A stretch of 64,000 nucleotides of DNA from Azolla caroliniana. Taxonomy: Eukaryota > Plantae > Polypodiophyta. Where the stretch lies: NCBI GenBank assembly GCA_043228905.1, contig JBHGNT010000011.1, positions 10,974,001 through 11,038,000 on the forward strand, read 5' to 3'. Of the stretch, positions 36,800-50,718 are shown piece after piece (positions within the stretch are counted from its first letter, which is position 1; every line of letters begins with the position of its first letter). Under the pieces are notes generated by a model, which was given only the letters and a program-made list of their open reading frames with translations, searched no databases and was not told where the DNA came from. The position numbers and the translations under genes were made by a program.

Positions 36800-36989
36800 T
36801 TCGAACCCCTCTCCGATTCAAGGAGAGGCCCTCCTCGAACCCCCCTCCGGTTCAACGAGAGGCCTCTTCGAAGCCCCCAATTTGAAGAGAGGTCCTCTTC
36901 TCGGTTCAAGGAGAGGGACTCTTCGATCCCCCCGGTTCAAAGAGAGGTCCTCTTCCCGGTCCGAGGAGAGGCCCTCTTCGAACCCCTCC
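36800..36989. repeat. Short degenerate tandem repeats (GGTTCAA.GAGAGG.CCTCTTC(GAACCCC))
   Basis: About six units with internal GA(A/G)GAG...CTCTTC self-complementarity. Confidence 0.6.
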
Positions 36990-37407
36990 TATCAGGAATA
37001 GTACTAAAACAGAGAGAGAATCAGTACTAGAGAAGGGAAGTACTATCAGTACTAAGAGGACTGATTGCGTAAGACTCACGAGAGAGGAAGAGAGAAAAGG
37101 AGAGAGAGAGAGAGAGAGAGTATTGATAACAGAGGATATATTATGTGAAGAGTAAATACAAAATAGCTATGAGGCTTAAGACTGGCGTTGAACCAATTTG
37201 GTTCGAAATAATGCCTTGTGCCTCCTTTTATAGTGTTCTTAGGAGTAGTCTTGAAGCTTCTAGAATGTTCTAGAGAAATCTGGAATATACATTAATTTTC
37301 TATAGTAAAACTTAAATGAAAATAATACTTTACATATTATAATAGATAGTGTAATGTCAAGAGCTCGACCCATATAACGTAAGGGCATGGGTTCGAGTCT
37401 TGCCATA

Positions 37408-40400
37408 TCATGACACTATCCCCCCCTTAAGAGTGTTACAAGTCAGCGTTGATTGGGAACCAAGTTTGTCTGGATATTGTCGGTGGAAATCAGCAAGAAG
37501 ATCCTGAGCATTGGTGACATGCTCGACGGGTTCCCAAGTACGTTCGCTCGGACTATAGCCGAGCCAATCAACCAAATAATAAAGTTTGTTGCAAACAAAC
37601 TTGGAGTCGAGGACGATAGCAACTTCATACTCCGGGCTGGCATTCAACTCAAGCGGGGCGGCGGTGGTGTAACACGATCGGGAATAGTGTTGGCCTGATA
37701 AGGTTCGAGAAGAGAGCTATGGAAAACCGGATGTATCTGAAGGTGCGGAGGAAGATCAAGGCGGAACGTGACATCACTAATCTTGCCGGTAATATGGAAA
37801 GGACCAACACGATCGGGAATAGTGTTGGCCTGATAAGGTTCGAGAAGAGAACTATGGAAGACTAGATGTATCTGAAGGTGTAGAGGAAGATCAAGGCGGA
37901 ACGTGACATCATTAATCTTGCCGGTAATACGGAAAGGACCGTGTCATCGATAATTCAATTTGTCACATGGTCGAGTAGTCTTGATGTGACGACGTAAGAG
38001 CTATACTCGATCTCCGATAGGAAAAGAGGAGGGAAGCTGATGACGATCTACATAAGTCTTCTGTGTGTGTTGAGCATGACGAAGATGAGTAGATAGATTT
38101 GTTTGAATCTTGCGTAGCCTCTCCAAATGATCATCGGCACGAGGATTGGTAGGTACCTCTGGAGTGTTGATCACAGACCAACAAGAATGAGAACCTGTAT
38201 AAGCATAAAATGGAGAGACCTGAGTGGAGGAGTGAATAACGTTATTATAAGCAAAATCAGCAAAGTGGAGAATATCAGCCCAATTGTCTTGTTGATAACT
38301 CAGAAAACACCAAAGATATTGTTCCAGCGTTTGGTTTGTTCGTTCCTCTTGCCCATCAATTTGGGGATGATAGCTAGAGGAGAGGTTGCAAGAGACCTTG
38401 CGCATCTTGAAGAGATGCTTCCAAAATTTGGAGACAAATTGAGGTCCTCGGTCACTGATGATACTATTTGGGAGGCCATGATGCCGAAAAACCTCACGCA
38501 TGACAAGGGCAGTGGTTTCCTCACTAGTGATGGCCTTAGTACAAGGCACAAAATGTGCCATCTTAGTATATCGGTCAACGACGGTTAAGATAACATCGAA
38601 GCCCTTCGAGACTGGAAGATCTATGATAAAATCAAGACAAATGGATTGCCACAGCTTACTTGGAATTGGTAAGGATTCCAACAAGCCATATGGATGATGT
38701 CGTGGCATCTTTGCTCGGCAACAAGCATCACAGGTCCGAACGTAGTCGTCGACAAAACATCGCATATGGGGTCACCAAAAAGATCGTTGGACTAGATCCA
38801 ATGTCTTAGTACTACCGAAATGTCTAGTTGTATGGGTCTCGTGACAATTTTGGACGATTTGAAGGCGATGGGAGCAATTGGGAACATACACGAGATTTTT
38901 AAAGAATAATAAACCATCATGATATTCGAATTGTCGGTAGTCCATACTGGGTTGTTGAGACTAGGAATAGGATGCCCGAGATGCATCAATTTGTGCTAGA
39001 ATGGCTTGAGCAAAACTATCCGTCTTCAAATTGGCTCGTATGGCATCGATAATCCGGGAACCCATTGGAGTGTGAAAAATCCGCGTTGTGTGCAAACTTG
39101 TTGGTCCCAAGATTACCTGCTTTTGATTATCAAATATTGGATCACCAGGACGAGGTGCAAGATATGAGCATCGCGATAGTGCATCTGCTTTTCTTGTTGC
39201 TTCCCCAACCGATATGTGATTTTGAAGTCAAAACGCGTGAGGAATTGGGCCCACCGAGCTTGCCGTCGATTTAGTACGCGAGCGTTCTGGAAATAAGCAA
39301 GATTTTTGTGATCACTGAAGACGATGACCTGATGAGGAGAGCCCTCTAAGAAGTGCCGCCATTGCACAAACGAATCCACGATGACTAATAACTCCTTGTC
39401 ATGTATCTCGTAGTTGATTTCCGTGGCATCAAATTTGCATGAGTGGAAAGCCATAGGATGTAACTCTTCTTTATCTCCCTGTTGTGAAAGGATGCTATCG
39501 AGGGCGAAATCTGTTGTGTCGGCCTCCATGATGAATGGTTTGTTTGTATCCACATGAACTAGAATAGGAGTGACGAGAATAGCACGGAATATTGCTCGGC
39601 CACAACCGAGTCTTGAGTCATAGAAATGGGAATGAACCACAGAAACGGGAAGTAGAGAGTACACAGAATATTTATGTGGAAATCCCTAAAGGGAAAAAAC
39701 CACGGCAGCCCACAGACTCCAAACTATCCCTATGTAAGAAAGGTACAAATAGAGACTCAGAGGCAACAACCTCGAGCTCTATATCTTCGCCAGTTGGCGG
39801 TTACAACAGAGTATCGTTCTGTATCTCTCTCTCTATATATACAACAGGTGGTTGGTCATGAAGGAGTCGAACTTCCGGTACCATTGCTAGGGAGCTTGCT
39901 TCAATCCGTATAAGCTCTTCTTCAGCTGGCACACCATGTGCTCCTTCCCTTTCTTCTCAAATCCGTCCGATTGATGCATGTAGATCTCTTCTTCGAGTTC
40001 GCCATGTAGGAATACCGTCTTGACGTCCAGTTGCTCTACCTCGAGGTCCAAGCTTGCCGCTATGCCCAATACCGTCCGGATGGATGTCATCTTTAGTACC
40101 GTGGCAAATATCTCATCGAAATCCACTCCTTTGTTCTGCTAGAAACCCTTCACTACAATTCGGGCTTTGTATCTCGGAGGGTTTTCGGCATCTCCCGGTT
40201 TCAGCTTGTACACCCACTTGTTCCAGAGTGCTCTCTTCCCTTTTGGCAACTCCATCAGTTCATATGTGTGGTTCTCATGCAGGGAATCCATCTCGTCCTG
40301 CATGGCACTCAACCACTTGCGGATGTAGGTGTCTTTCTTTGGTTCTTTGAAGCTAACTGCAGCCAGGCAAAGATCGGGAGCACGAGGTCGTTGCCTCTGT

Positions 40401-41265
40401 GTTCCTCTGTTGTATTCCTCTTACATAGTGATAGTTGGAGTTTGTGGACTCCCGTGGTCCCATTTAGGGTTTTCCACGTAAACATACTGTGTACCCTCTC
40501 TCTCATATTGTCTATGTGTACGTGTATTCACCTCTATTCCCATTCTCGGTGTTCGATTCAAAACGACACGATCTGAAACTCGGTTGTGGCCGAGTAATAT
40601 TTTGCATATTTCACGTCATAAACTTGCAGTAGAAATTGGCAAAGCCTAAAAAGCATTGTACATCTCGCAACGAACGCAGAGTTTGCCAATCTACCACCGT
40701 TTTGACCTTAGCTGGATCCATGGAGATGCCTTCCGAGGAGATGACATAGCCCAGAAATTCCACCTTGTTGCACCCGAAACTACATTTTTCCAGCTTTGCA
40801 TAAAGACCATGTTCTCGAAGCCGTTTTAGTGCTAACAGTACATGAAAATCATGCTCTTCTTGGGTCTTCGAATAAACCAGTAGATCATCCAAATAGATGA
40901 TCAACCAAACATCCAAGAGATCTCGGAATATATCATTTGCCATGTGCTGGAAGACTGTTGGCGCATTAGTGAGGCTGAACAACATGACCGTATATTTGAA
41001 GTGCCCATATCTGGTGCGAAACACGGTCTTCCATTCATCTCCTGGTCGGATCCGTACGAGGTTATATGCTCCCTGTAAGTCGATCTTCGTGAAGACCCTT
41101 GCACCATTGATTCATTCTAAAAGACTTGAGATAAGGGGAAGTGCATACCTATTTCTGATGGTGACCTTATTCAAGCCACGGTAATCTACAACGAGACGAA
41201 GTGATCCATCCTTTTGCTTGACGAAGAAAATGGATGCGCCGGCTGGAGATTTCGAATGCCGAATG
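37408..41265 (-). pseudogene. pol: Element H pol (RT, RH, INT, chromodomain) with a 136-bp tandem duplication at ~37671-37940
   Basis: YLDDLLVYS, MEADTTDFALD, ICLDFIIDLP, EYEVAIVLDS...YYLVDWLGYSPSERTWEP. Confidence 0.9.
39571..40618. mobile_element. Copia composite: two oppositely oriented LTR R/U5 halves enclosing an RT fragment
   Basis: Inverted ends TGACG...AATATT(G/A)CTCGGCCACAACCGAG; RT QLDVKTVFLHG...LKKSLYGLKQAP at 39887-40126 (minus). Confidence 0.75.
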
Positions 41266-43224
41266 AGTACTATTAGGACTATCAGATATTCCTACTTAAA
41301 TAGACTCAGGTTTAGTACAATTAGAACTAGCAACTATTTGGTTTACTTGTCTTCTTGGCCTATTGGGACAATTTATTGCAATATGCCCTGGTCCACTGCA
41401 ATAAAGACATAGTCGATTTGCTCGATGTTGCTGCTTTTCTTCTTCCGATAATGGTTCGCGATGACGTGTAGTGTCAATCTCCATCGAAGTCGGTGTCAAG
41501 AATAGTACTAAAACCGAGAGAGAATTAGTACTAGAGAAGGGAAGTACTATTAGTACTAAGAGGACGGGGCTGCGTAAGACTCCCGAGAGGTAGGAAAGAG
41601 AAGAGAAGAGAGAGAGAGAGAGATGGTGAGGACGAGAGAGAGAGAGATGATGATAACAGATGATATATTATAGGAAGAGTAAGTACAAGATGGCTATGAG
41701 TCTTAAGACTGGCGTTGAACCAATTTGGTTCAACGTAATGCCTAGTGCCTTCTTTTTTAGTGTTCTTAGGAGTAATCCTAAAGCTTCTAGAATGTTCCAG
41801 AGAAATCTGGAATATACATTAATTTCCTATAATAAAACTTAAATGAAAATAATATCCTACGTATTAGAAAAGGTGGTATAATGGTCAAGAGCTCGACCCA
41901 TATAACATAAGGTCATGGATTTGAGTCTTGCCATATCATGACACTATCTCCCCCTTCTTAAGACGACGAGTGGAACGAGTCGACGTTGATTGTGGACCGG
42001 GTTTGTCCGAATACTTTCGGTGGAACTCAGCAAGAAGATCCTGAGCATTGGCGACATGCTTGATGGGTTCCCAAGTATGTTCGCTCGGACTATAGCCGAG
42101 CCAATCGACCAAATAATAAAGTTTGTTGCGAACAAGTTTGGAATCGAGGACGGCAGCAACTTCATACTCCGGTCCGACTTCCAACTCAAGTGGGGGCGGT
42201 GGTGGTGTAACACGATCGGGAATAGTGTTTTCTTTATAAGGTTCAAGAAGAGAGTTATGGAAAACCGGATGTATTCTTTATAAGGTTCAAGAAGAGAGCT
42301 ATGGAAAACCGGATGTATCTGAAGATGCGGAGGGAGATCAAGGCGGAATGTGACATCATTAACCTTACTAGTAATATGGAAAGGACCGAGTCGTCGATAA
42401 TCCAACTTGTCGCACGGTCGAGTAGTCTTGATGTGATGACGTAAGAGCCATACTCGATCTCCGATGGCAAAAGAGGAGGGAAGCCGATGACGATACGCAT
42501 AAGTCTTCAGTGTGTGTTGAGCATGACGAAGATGAGTAGAGAGATCCATCTGGATCTTGCGTAGCCTCTCCAAATGATCCTCGGCACGAGGATTCGTAGG
42601 TAGCTCCGGGGTGTTGATCACCGACCAGTGTTAGCCAGGCGGCAAGGAGTGGAGGACAGTCCAGAATATGAAAGGGCAGAAATAATCGGAGGCTGTTATT
42701 AGGATTAAGTAATTGAGTATATTTTAGAGAAGTGAACGGACTGTATGGAAATATGTGTAATGCAATGAAGAGAAATGTTGGAATTGATCGTCAAATAAAA
42801 TAATGCACATATATAGTATTGGGTATGTGAATCGGTATGCTGATCCGGATCCGGACCAGTTCATATTAGTGTGCCGGTTGGCACCGTTTTGTAGGCAGAA
42901 CCGATGATCTATGAAAAGGCTCGGTTACATTGTAAATGACGACGGATAATTAATAAAGCCCTATTGTCTTATTTTTGTGTATTGATTACCATTCTGTGCT
43001 ACTTACTTTCTATCTTACGCGTGTATTAAGAGTAAGGATATGTTGCTTAAGTAACCGATTAAGGTATGATTAATCGTCGGTCTATCTCTGTTTCATCGTA
43101 ACACCCTTTGGTGAAGTGTCTTCTATAGACACCCTGTGTTAGGCTATTGTCCGGCCCTAAGGAGTAACACAGTTTTTGGCGACCACGATTCTTGCATAAG
43201 CACAACGAACAACGGCGGGAATGG

Positions 43225-46200
43225 ATGACTAGACCAACGAGTGGACCGGTTACGGAACGAGCAAGGAGACTCGTTGAGCGGTTGCGGAAGCGAGAGGCCT
43301 TCCAGCAAGCAGCGGAAGAAATTCGTTCGGATCAATCATTTTTCAAAGTGATCCGGCGAGTGGCCGAGGAATCACTCCATTTGCAACAAGATTTCCACCC
43401 CGACGAAGGAAGCAGCTTGAGTAGTCTTCGGGTGCAGGAGACGGCGATTCAGAACCATTTTTGGCCTTTGAATCAGACTCAGACGGTGAATATAGCGCTC
43501 ATTCTAATTACCGCAGCAGTCACGACACCCCAGACGAACCGACGGACGAGGAATCGGATACCTCACCGACACCAGAACCAGAATTGACAGAGCTAGAAGC
43601 CACAGATCGGCCAAGGCCTGAGCACACCCCAACACCCGAAGCAGGAGCAGAAAGACCTCCCACAGAGGAAGAAAGACCTCTGACAGAGGAGGAGGAGAGA
43701 CCTCCGACACCACCAGCCCACGTGCCAACACCGGACGACGACATGTCGTTTCAATATCCCAAGTACCGGGATGATCGTGACGCAGAGGCCCACGTCTATG
43801 CATTTCAGCAGATCTGGGAAGTGAATCATGTGTCACAACGCTTAACCGCGGCCGAAGCAGAACGCTCAAAGATGGCGGAGTTCGGCATGACCCTGGAGGG
43901 GCCCGCTGTGAGATGGCGCCTGACGCAAGATCCCAGTACCATCACGACGTTTGAGGCCTTGAAAACTAAATTCTTACACTTTTTTCACAAAGAGGTGGAT
44001 CAGCGGGAAATGGTCGGCCTATTTTATACCATCAGGCAGGAGCCCATGGAGAACATTCAGCAATTTGTAATCCGATTCCAGACAATGCACAACCAGCTCA
44101 GTCGGGCACCACCAGAGGAAGAGACTAAGGCGATATTCCTAGCAGCACTCCGGGAACCCCTACGAACGGTGTGCACAGTCATTGATTTCCGCACGAGTTC
44201 CGTCTACCAGGTCATAGACCGAGTCAGGCAAATGGAAAACTCCAGCTCGTGGCTGACGATGGGGACACTCCAACGAATGTTACCAATTAATGAAGACCTT
44301 CGCTTTCGACAAGCAATTCAATGTACGACTTGCTTGAATGTCGGACATTCGGCACTGGAGTGCACCATGCGTTCTCAATGCCTACTTTGCCATTCCAGAA
44401 ACTACACAATGGATCGGTGTGAGTATAACTTGCTGAATCAGCAAGCACCACTAGTCCGGCAAATCGAACCACGGAGCAATCAGGAGGAGGAAGAAGAGCG
44501 GTGGCGGCAAGAGGAGCGTTACCGGCCGACACAAGATGTCTAGTACAGTGATCGAAGAAACACTTATGACCGCGACCGGTATGATAGATATGATAGATAT
44601 CGGGACTATCATGGGGAACATAATGAGCGATACAACCAAGATCACTCCCCCGGTTACAACCCCCAAAGGGAGGACTATGGCAAGTACGACGACCGGCTCC
44701 AACAAGATTTCCAGAACAAAAAGCATTTCAACAAAAAACGGCAATTCAATAAAAAAGGTCACCAACGGGAGCCAGAACAGGGTACACCAAGCAACCAACC
44801 AGACCAAGGCCAAGCACTTACCACAGGACCTCAACCGGGTGCCAGGGCGAAAGCAGAATCTAGCAAGACCCGGAAGGCATACTGCTACTATTGTCGGCAA
44901 GAGGGATACTACCGTAACCAATGTCCGGCGAAAAGCTACGATAAGCGACCAACGGTAAACATGGTGGTAGCGGAGGTCGCGGACATACAACAAGTGACCA
45001 CGAGGGCAAAAGGAAAAGCAACGGAGTGGGAAACCCAAGAAGCCATCCGGAAGCAGGCCATCGAATGGGTAAAGAAGGCAAACGAGCAGAATGTGCCAGA
45101 GCTGGAGCAACAAAAGGAGAGTCTAGAGGAGCCCACTAGCAATAGCCAAGCGAAAAATCCAACATGGAAGGCGTTGCAAGAATGCCAAATCACACTGCCA
45201 TTAGGTCGGCTATTGCAGTTAGTACCTCGGTTCACGGAAGGACTGAAGACGGGAATGACTGCGGTCGGCACGCCACCGGCTTCGGCATTCTTTTCTAATC
45301 CGGAGGAAGGACCGACGGTAGTGGACACGAACAGTCCGGCTATCACAACCATCGTCAAGGGACGAGAGCTACCCGGAACAATTATAGACGGAGGATCCGG
45401 CGTGAATATGATTAGCCTCCGAACTTGTAATACCCTGGGAATCTAGGACTGGGAGCCGTGCCCGTTTTGGCTCCGGATGGCGGACACAAGTTTAGTAAGA
45501 CCTACCAGATTGATACGAGATTTGGAAGTAACTATCGGAGTTCATGCATTCTGCATTTCGGCAGTAGTCCTCCAGATCAATGCACAAGGGGCATACCCAC
45601 TGTTGCTGGGCCGACCATGGTTAAAAACAATGCACATCAAGCAAAATTGGTGGAAAAACATAATCACTTTCCGGCGCGGCAAAGCGAAAGTGTGAGTACC
45701 TACACAACCACGTTCGAGTACCGGAAAGGAGCTGACACCGTTGTATGCGGAATGTGTCAACATGCTTGAAGGATTGGCTGATGAAGTGGTCGATCGGTAC
45801 TTACAGAGAATCCAAGAATTGTACCCTTATTTGAAGTTGATGTCGTCGAAGCAGTGGCACCATATATAACACAACCGGAGGATGTCGATGAAGAACCGGA
45901 TAAAGAAGCCATCAAAGAGTTACGGCACATGCATGAAGCTTTGGAGAAGGAATTGGCAGTATCCCAACGCGTAAAAGTCTCTTAGCTGGAGGAGGTAAAC
46001 CTAGGCACCGCAAAAGACACGAGACCGGTTCACATCGTTAAAGAAATGACTCCCGAAAGGAAGACGGAAACGATTACCTTATTAAAGGAGTTCCGGGACG
46101 TGTTCACGTGGTCTTACGAGGGCATGTGGGGGCTAGATCCTCAGTTGTATCAACACCAGATACATTTGAGTAAGGATGCCAAACTGGTGGCGCAACGACG

Positions 46201-49065
46201 CTACCGGATGAACCCTAACTATGCAGCAAAAGTAAAGGACGAAATCGACAAATTGTTACGAGTAGGGTTCATCCGACCGGTCAAAAAGGCGACATGGCTG
46301 AGCCCGATAGTCATCATACTGAAAAAGAACGGAAAGATCCGGGTATGTGTCAACTACCGGAAATTGAATGCGGCAACGGTAAGCAACGCCTTCCCACTCC
46401 CTTTTACGGATGGAGTCCTGGATGCAGTAGCCGGTCACGAAGTTTATAGTGTCCAAGATGGGTTCAGTAGCTACAATTAGATCCGGATGCACCCCGATGA
46501 CCAGGAGAAAACCGCTTTTGTTACCGAATGGGGAGTATTTGTCGCCGTAGTCATGATGTTCGGACTTAAAACGACACTGACAACCTTTCAACGAATAATC
46601 ATGGAGATTTTCGGAGAATTTATTCCAGCATTCATGCAGGTGTTCTTAGACGATTTCGTCGTGTATAGCCAGGAAGGGGAACACCTCCAATACCTCCGAC
46701 TATGTCTTGAGAAATGTAGGGTTTACCGGTTAAACCTTAACCCGGCGAAATGTGTGTTCGGAGTGTCAAGCGGTGCACTACTAGGCCACATCGTTAGCAA
46801 GGACGGTATTGTAGTAGACCCGGACAAGGTCAAAGCAATTTTGGAGGCACCGGCACCCACCACAACGAAAGCATTGAGTCGGTTCCTAGGACAAATCCGG
46901 TGGCATAGCCGGATGCTCCAGTATCTAGCAGACCTGGCCACACCATTGCATGCCACAATGCACTGGACACCGTTTCAATGGACGGACACAAAAGAGAAGG
47001 CTTACCGGGCATTAAAAGTACTACTATCACAAGCACCAGTAGTGCAACCTCCGGATTGGTCTAACGAATTCCACGTATTCGTAGACGTGTCTGACATAGC
47101 AATAGGGAGCGCATTAATGCAACTTACCCAACCCAAGTGGTATCGGCTCGTGTATTATGCCGGTCGTAAGCTGTCCCAAGCGGAACGGAACTACTCTACG
47201 TGTCAAATACGAGTGTATAATGGCCGTATTCACATTGTCCCTTTGGACAGCCCAAGTTTGGGTCATTTCTGTAAATAGCATAAAGGGTAGTTGCCCTAGG
47301 ATAGTCACTATATAAAGTGACTTTGTAACCTTTAGAAAAGGTTGGTTGTTATTTTTGTAACTTTTGCTATTGAAATATAATTTATACGTCGTGTCTCTCT
47401 CTCTCTCTCCCTCTGTGTCTATCTTGCTCGTGCATAGACAATATCTTCTTCATCACGAATGTTGCTTGCACTTCCGCATTGACGGCCTTGTCCCCAACAC
47501 TACGACGGAAAGAGAAGCCTTGGGCATGATCTATAGCGTCACCAAGTTTCGACACTATCTGTTGGGGAGGAAATTTTCCTTTCATGTAGATCATTCGGCA
47601 CTACTTTACTTGGTCTCGAAAGCATCATTCACGGGTAAGCTGGCCCGGTGGACGCTATTATTACAGGAATTTGATTTCGAGATATTTCACCGGCCAGGCA
47701 TACAACATGCAGTTGCGGATTATTTGCGCTGGTTAGACTCCGGAGAAACCGGTGACGAAGTCGCAGACGAATTTCTGGATGCAAACTTGTTTAGGCTCAC
47801 AACCGAAACGACAACAGATGGTACGATCGCCGAGGAGGACAAGTGGCTGACTAACATGCACCAATTCCTGAGCACTGGATTACCTCCAGAGGAGATGAAC
47901 AAAGACAAGCAGAAAAGATTAGCAGTACAAAGCCGGCACTTCTGCCTACTCCAGGACACATTGTACCATAAAGGTGCGGATGGCATATGGCGGCGCGCGG
48001 TGCGCAGCGACGAAAAAGACCAAATACTACGTGAAGCACATTGCGGCATTGCCGGAGGGCATTACGCTGGGGATGCTACGGCAAGGAAAATATGGCAGAG
48101 TGGCCTATGGTGGCCAACAACATTAAAAGACGTCGTCCGATATGCTAAAGAATGCGATTTGTGTCAACGGATGGGCCAACCCACGGAACAGGCAAGAATG
48201 CCTCACCAGTTGGTGTTGCCATTGGAACCATTTCAGAAATGGGGGTTGGACTTCGTTGGCCCTTTTAAACCACCAACAATGAGAACTGGCAACCGATACG
48301 TGATTGTCGCTACGGATTACTGCACCAAGTGGGTGGAGGCCAAAGCACTACGAGACAACACCGCGGCATCCACGGCAAAGTTTTTATATGAATATATCTG
48401 GTGCCGGTATGGATGTCTGATTGAGCTAATCAACAACCAAGGTGGGCATTTCCTAGGACAAGTGGTGGAGAGCTTGACGACATTCTATGTGTGGTGCATA
48501 AGCGAAGCACTCCATATTATCCGCAAGCCAACAGATTAGCCGAATCCACAAATAAGACACTACAAAACATCCTCCGGAAAATCGTCAATGAGAACCGGAC
48601 GGATTGGGATACAAAGCTGCACAGCGCACTATGGGCCTATTGGACAGCATAAAAGACAAGTATCCGGACAACGCCTTTCCGATTGGCATTCGGATTGGAA
48701 GCAGTAATGCCGATCGAATTCCAGGTTTCCAGTTTGCGGTGACAGGTTAGGGAACACCTGAACAACAAGGAGTCGGAAACAATCCGGCTAGCAGCACTAT
48801 GTGAACTGGACGAACACCGGATAGCCAGCATGATGCACATGGAACTGGAGTAACGGAGAATGAAAGCGTTCGTTGATTGACACCGGAAAGGTAATGAAAA
48901 AAGGTTCGGGATTGGCAAGCCAGTACTTGTATTCCAGACCCGGATGGGTAAGATGCCGAAGAAGCTACGGTTTCGGTGGACCGGACCATATTGGATTACA
49001 CAGGAGTTCAATGGTTCTTACCAGCTAGGGACACTCGCCGGCGAAGTTATGGGTAAATGGGTGCG
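43225..49065 (+). pseudogene. gag-pol: Element J gag-pol (ends after L at 54692-~54825)
   Basis: Gag with knuckles, IIDGGSGVN, VFLDDF, VFVDVSD, PFQKWGLDFVGP, WTGPYW...KW|VNGFRLKPYY. Confidence 0.92.
47201..47499. mobile_element. Solo LTR K (299 bp) of an otherwise unrepresented family
   Basis: TGT...ACA termini, perfect TSD CTACG, TATATAA near 47309. J RNase H reads through (ERNYST|TEREAL). Confidence 0.88.
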
Positions 49066-49489
49066 TGTCATGATATGGCAAGACTCGAACTCATGACCTT
49101 ATGGTATATGGGTCGAGCTCTTAACCATCACACATCTATTGTAATTCATAAGATATTATTTTCATTTATGTTTTATTATAAGAAAGTAATGTATATTCTA
49201 GATTTCTCTGGAACATTCTAGAAGTTTCAGGATTACTCCTGACAACACTATAAAAGAAGGCACTAGGCATTATGTTGAACCAAATTGGTTCAACACCAGT
49301 CTTAAGCCTCTCAGCCGCTTTGTACTTATCTTTTCACATAATATATTAGTTGTTGTCATCATCTTTCTCTCTCTCTCTCCTCTTCTCACTTCCTCTCTCG
49401 GGAATCTTACGCAGTCCCGTCCTCTTAGTACTAATAGTACTGCTCTTCTTAGTACTAATTCCATCTCTGCTTTAGTACTATTCATGACA

Positions 49490-49503
49490 GTTTGAACCAA
49501 TTT
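49490..49503 (+). promoter_or_regulatory. Self-priming (Tf1-type) PBS complementary to LTR 49282-49293
   Basis: TTGAACCAATTT pairs perfectly with AAATTGGTTCAA ~33 nt downstream of TATAAAA (49249); there is no TGG tRNA-type PBS. Confidence 0.8.
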
Positions 49504-49560
49504 CTTCCTTTCCTCCAGCCTACTTGTCGTTCTCCCTCCTCCTATCCTTTTCCCTATACT

Positions 49561-50718
49561 ATGGCTACGGTTAGCGCCCAAGAATATCAATCCGTTTTCT
49601 CCGAGTTACAGTGCCTAAAAGAAAAGTTTGTTGCTCTCGACCAAGAAAACCAACGGTTGATAGGGGATCTCCAACAAATCGCTCTCGAAAAACAACAAAC
49701 ACAACAACAACATGGGGAGTTAGCATTACGGGTACAACAACTCGAAGCAGCGTTGCAACAACAAGGATCAAGTCCCCAAGGATTTCATAAAGAGCCCAAG
49801 ATTGGACTTCCTGTGAAATTTGATGGAACGCGATCGCAATTCCGGGGATTCCTTAATCAGGTACGCTTAGTCATCCAGATGCATCCTTCCCGATATCCCA
49901 CTGATGCATCTCGAGTCGGCCTAATAGGCACGTTACTTAGCGGCTCAGCCTTGGCATGGTTCACTCCGCTTCTAGAAAAACAATCACCCTTGCTTAATAA
50001 CTTTAAAGATTTTATTGGTGAATTTAAAGCCTGCTTTGGAGATACCAACAGCATCAGGACGGCGATCAACAAGATCCGAAGATTGCGTCAAGGTGATCGT
50101 CCAGCCTCTGCCTACGCGGTGGATTTCCGTCTACTCGCCTCAGATATTCCCTGGGATGATCAGGCCCTCATCGAGCAGTTTCGCTACGGCTTGCGCAATG
50201 ATGTCAAAGATCTGCTTTTAACCTTCCCCGAAGAACCAAAGTCTCTTACGGAGGTAATCAATCGAGCGGTCCGATGCGACAACCGCCTTTTCAAACAGTG
50301 TTCGGAGCGTCAGTTACAAATACCACGCTCTCGGCTGGAACCCACATACGCCTCACTCACGGCTAAACCGTTTGCACGCGATGTACCTCAAGCCAATATT
50401 CCGACACCGATGGAGATCGACACCATGCGTCAACGCGGCCCGTTATTGGAAGAAGAAAAGCAACGACAACTTGCCAATCGATTATGCCTTTATTGCGGTG
50501 GACCAGGGCATATCGCCATCAATTGTCCCCATAGGCCAAGAAGACAGGTAAATCAAATCGTCGCCTGTACTAAACCCGAGTCAATTCTTCCCTTCGGAGT
50601 GTCTGATAGTATTAATAGTACTAATAGAGTGTCAGATAGTATTCATAGTACTAATAGCCCAAGTATCTCAAACAAATTTGAAATCCTTAGTCAATTAGAT
50701 GAAGAGTTAAACGATTGA
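49561..50718 (+). CDS. gag: Element L Gag (intact frame)
   Basis: [19 protein letters not shown]....[27 protein letters not shown] (Tf1/sushi/PEG10-like gag). Confidence 0.92.
   Translation: MATVSAQEYQSVFSELQCLKEKFVALDQENQRLIGDLQQIALEKQQTQQQHGELALRVQQLEAALQQQGSSPQGFHKEPKIGLPVKFDGTRSQFRGFLNQVRLVIQMHPSRYPTDASRVGLIGTLLSGSALAWFTPLLEKQSPLLNNFKDFIGEFKACFGDTNSIRTAINKIRRLRQGDRPASAYAVDFRLLASDIPWDDQALIEQFRYGLRNDVKDLLLTFPEEPKSLTEVINRAVRCDNRLFKQCSERQLQIPRSRLEPTYASLTAKPFARDVPQANIPTPMEIDTMRQRGPLLEEEKQRQLANRLCLYCGGPGHIAINCPHRPRRQVNQIVACTKPESILPFGVSDSINSTNRVSDSIHSTNSPSISNKFEILSQLDEELND

Larger units (their letters stand above)
1..36989 (+). mobile_element. Element A: degenerate non-chromovirus Ty3/gypsy retrotransposon (outermost host; 5' end outside window, 3' LTR not identified)
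   Basis: gag with CCHC knuckles at 1-1430 and protease IIDSG at 2187-2201. The pol frame resumes after B at 19249 (..SA|RTAHILGEACDGPVRVKEINLG), followed by RT, RNase H and INT to ~22070. The right boundary is uncertain. Confidence 0.75.
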
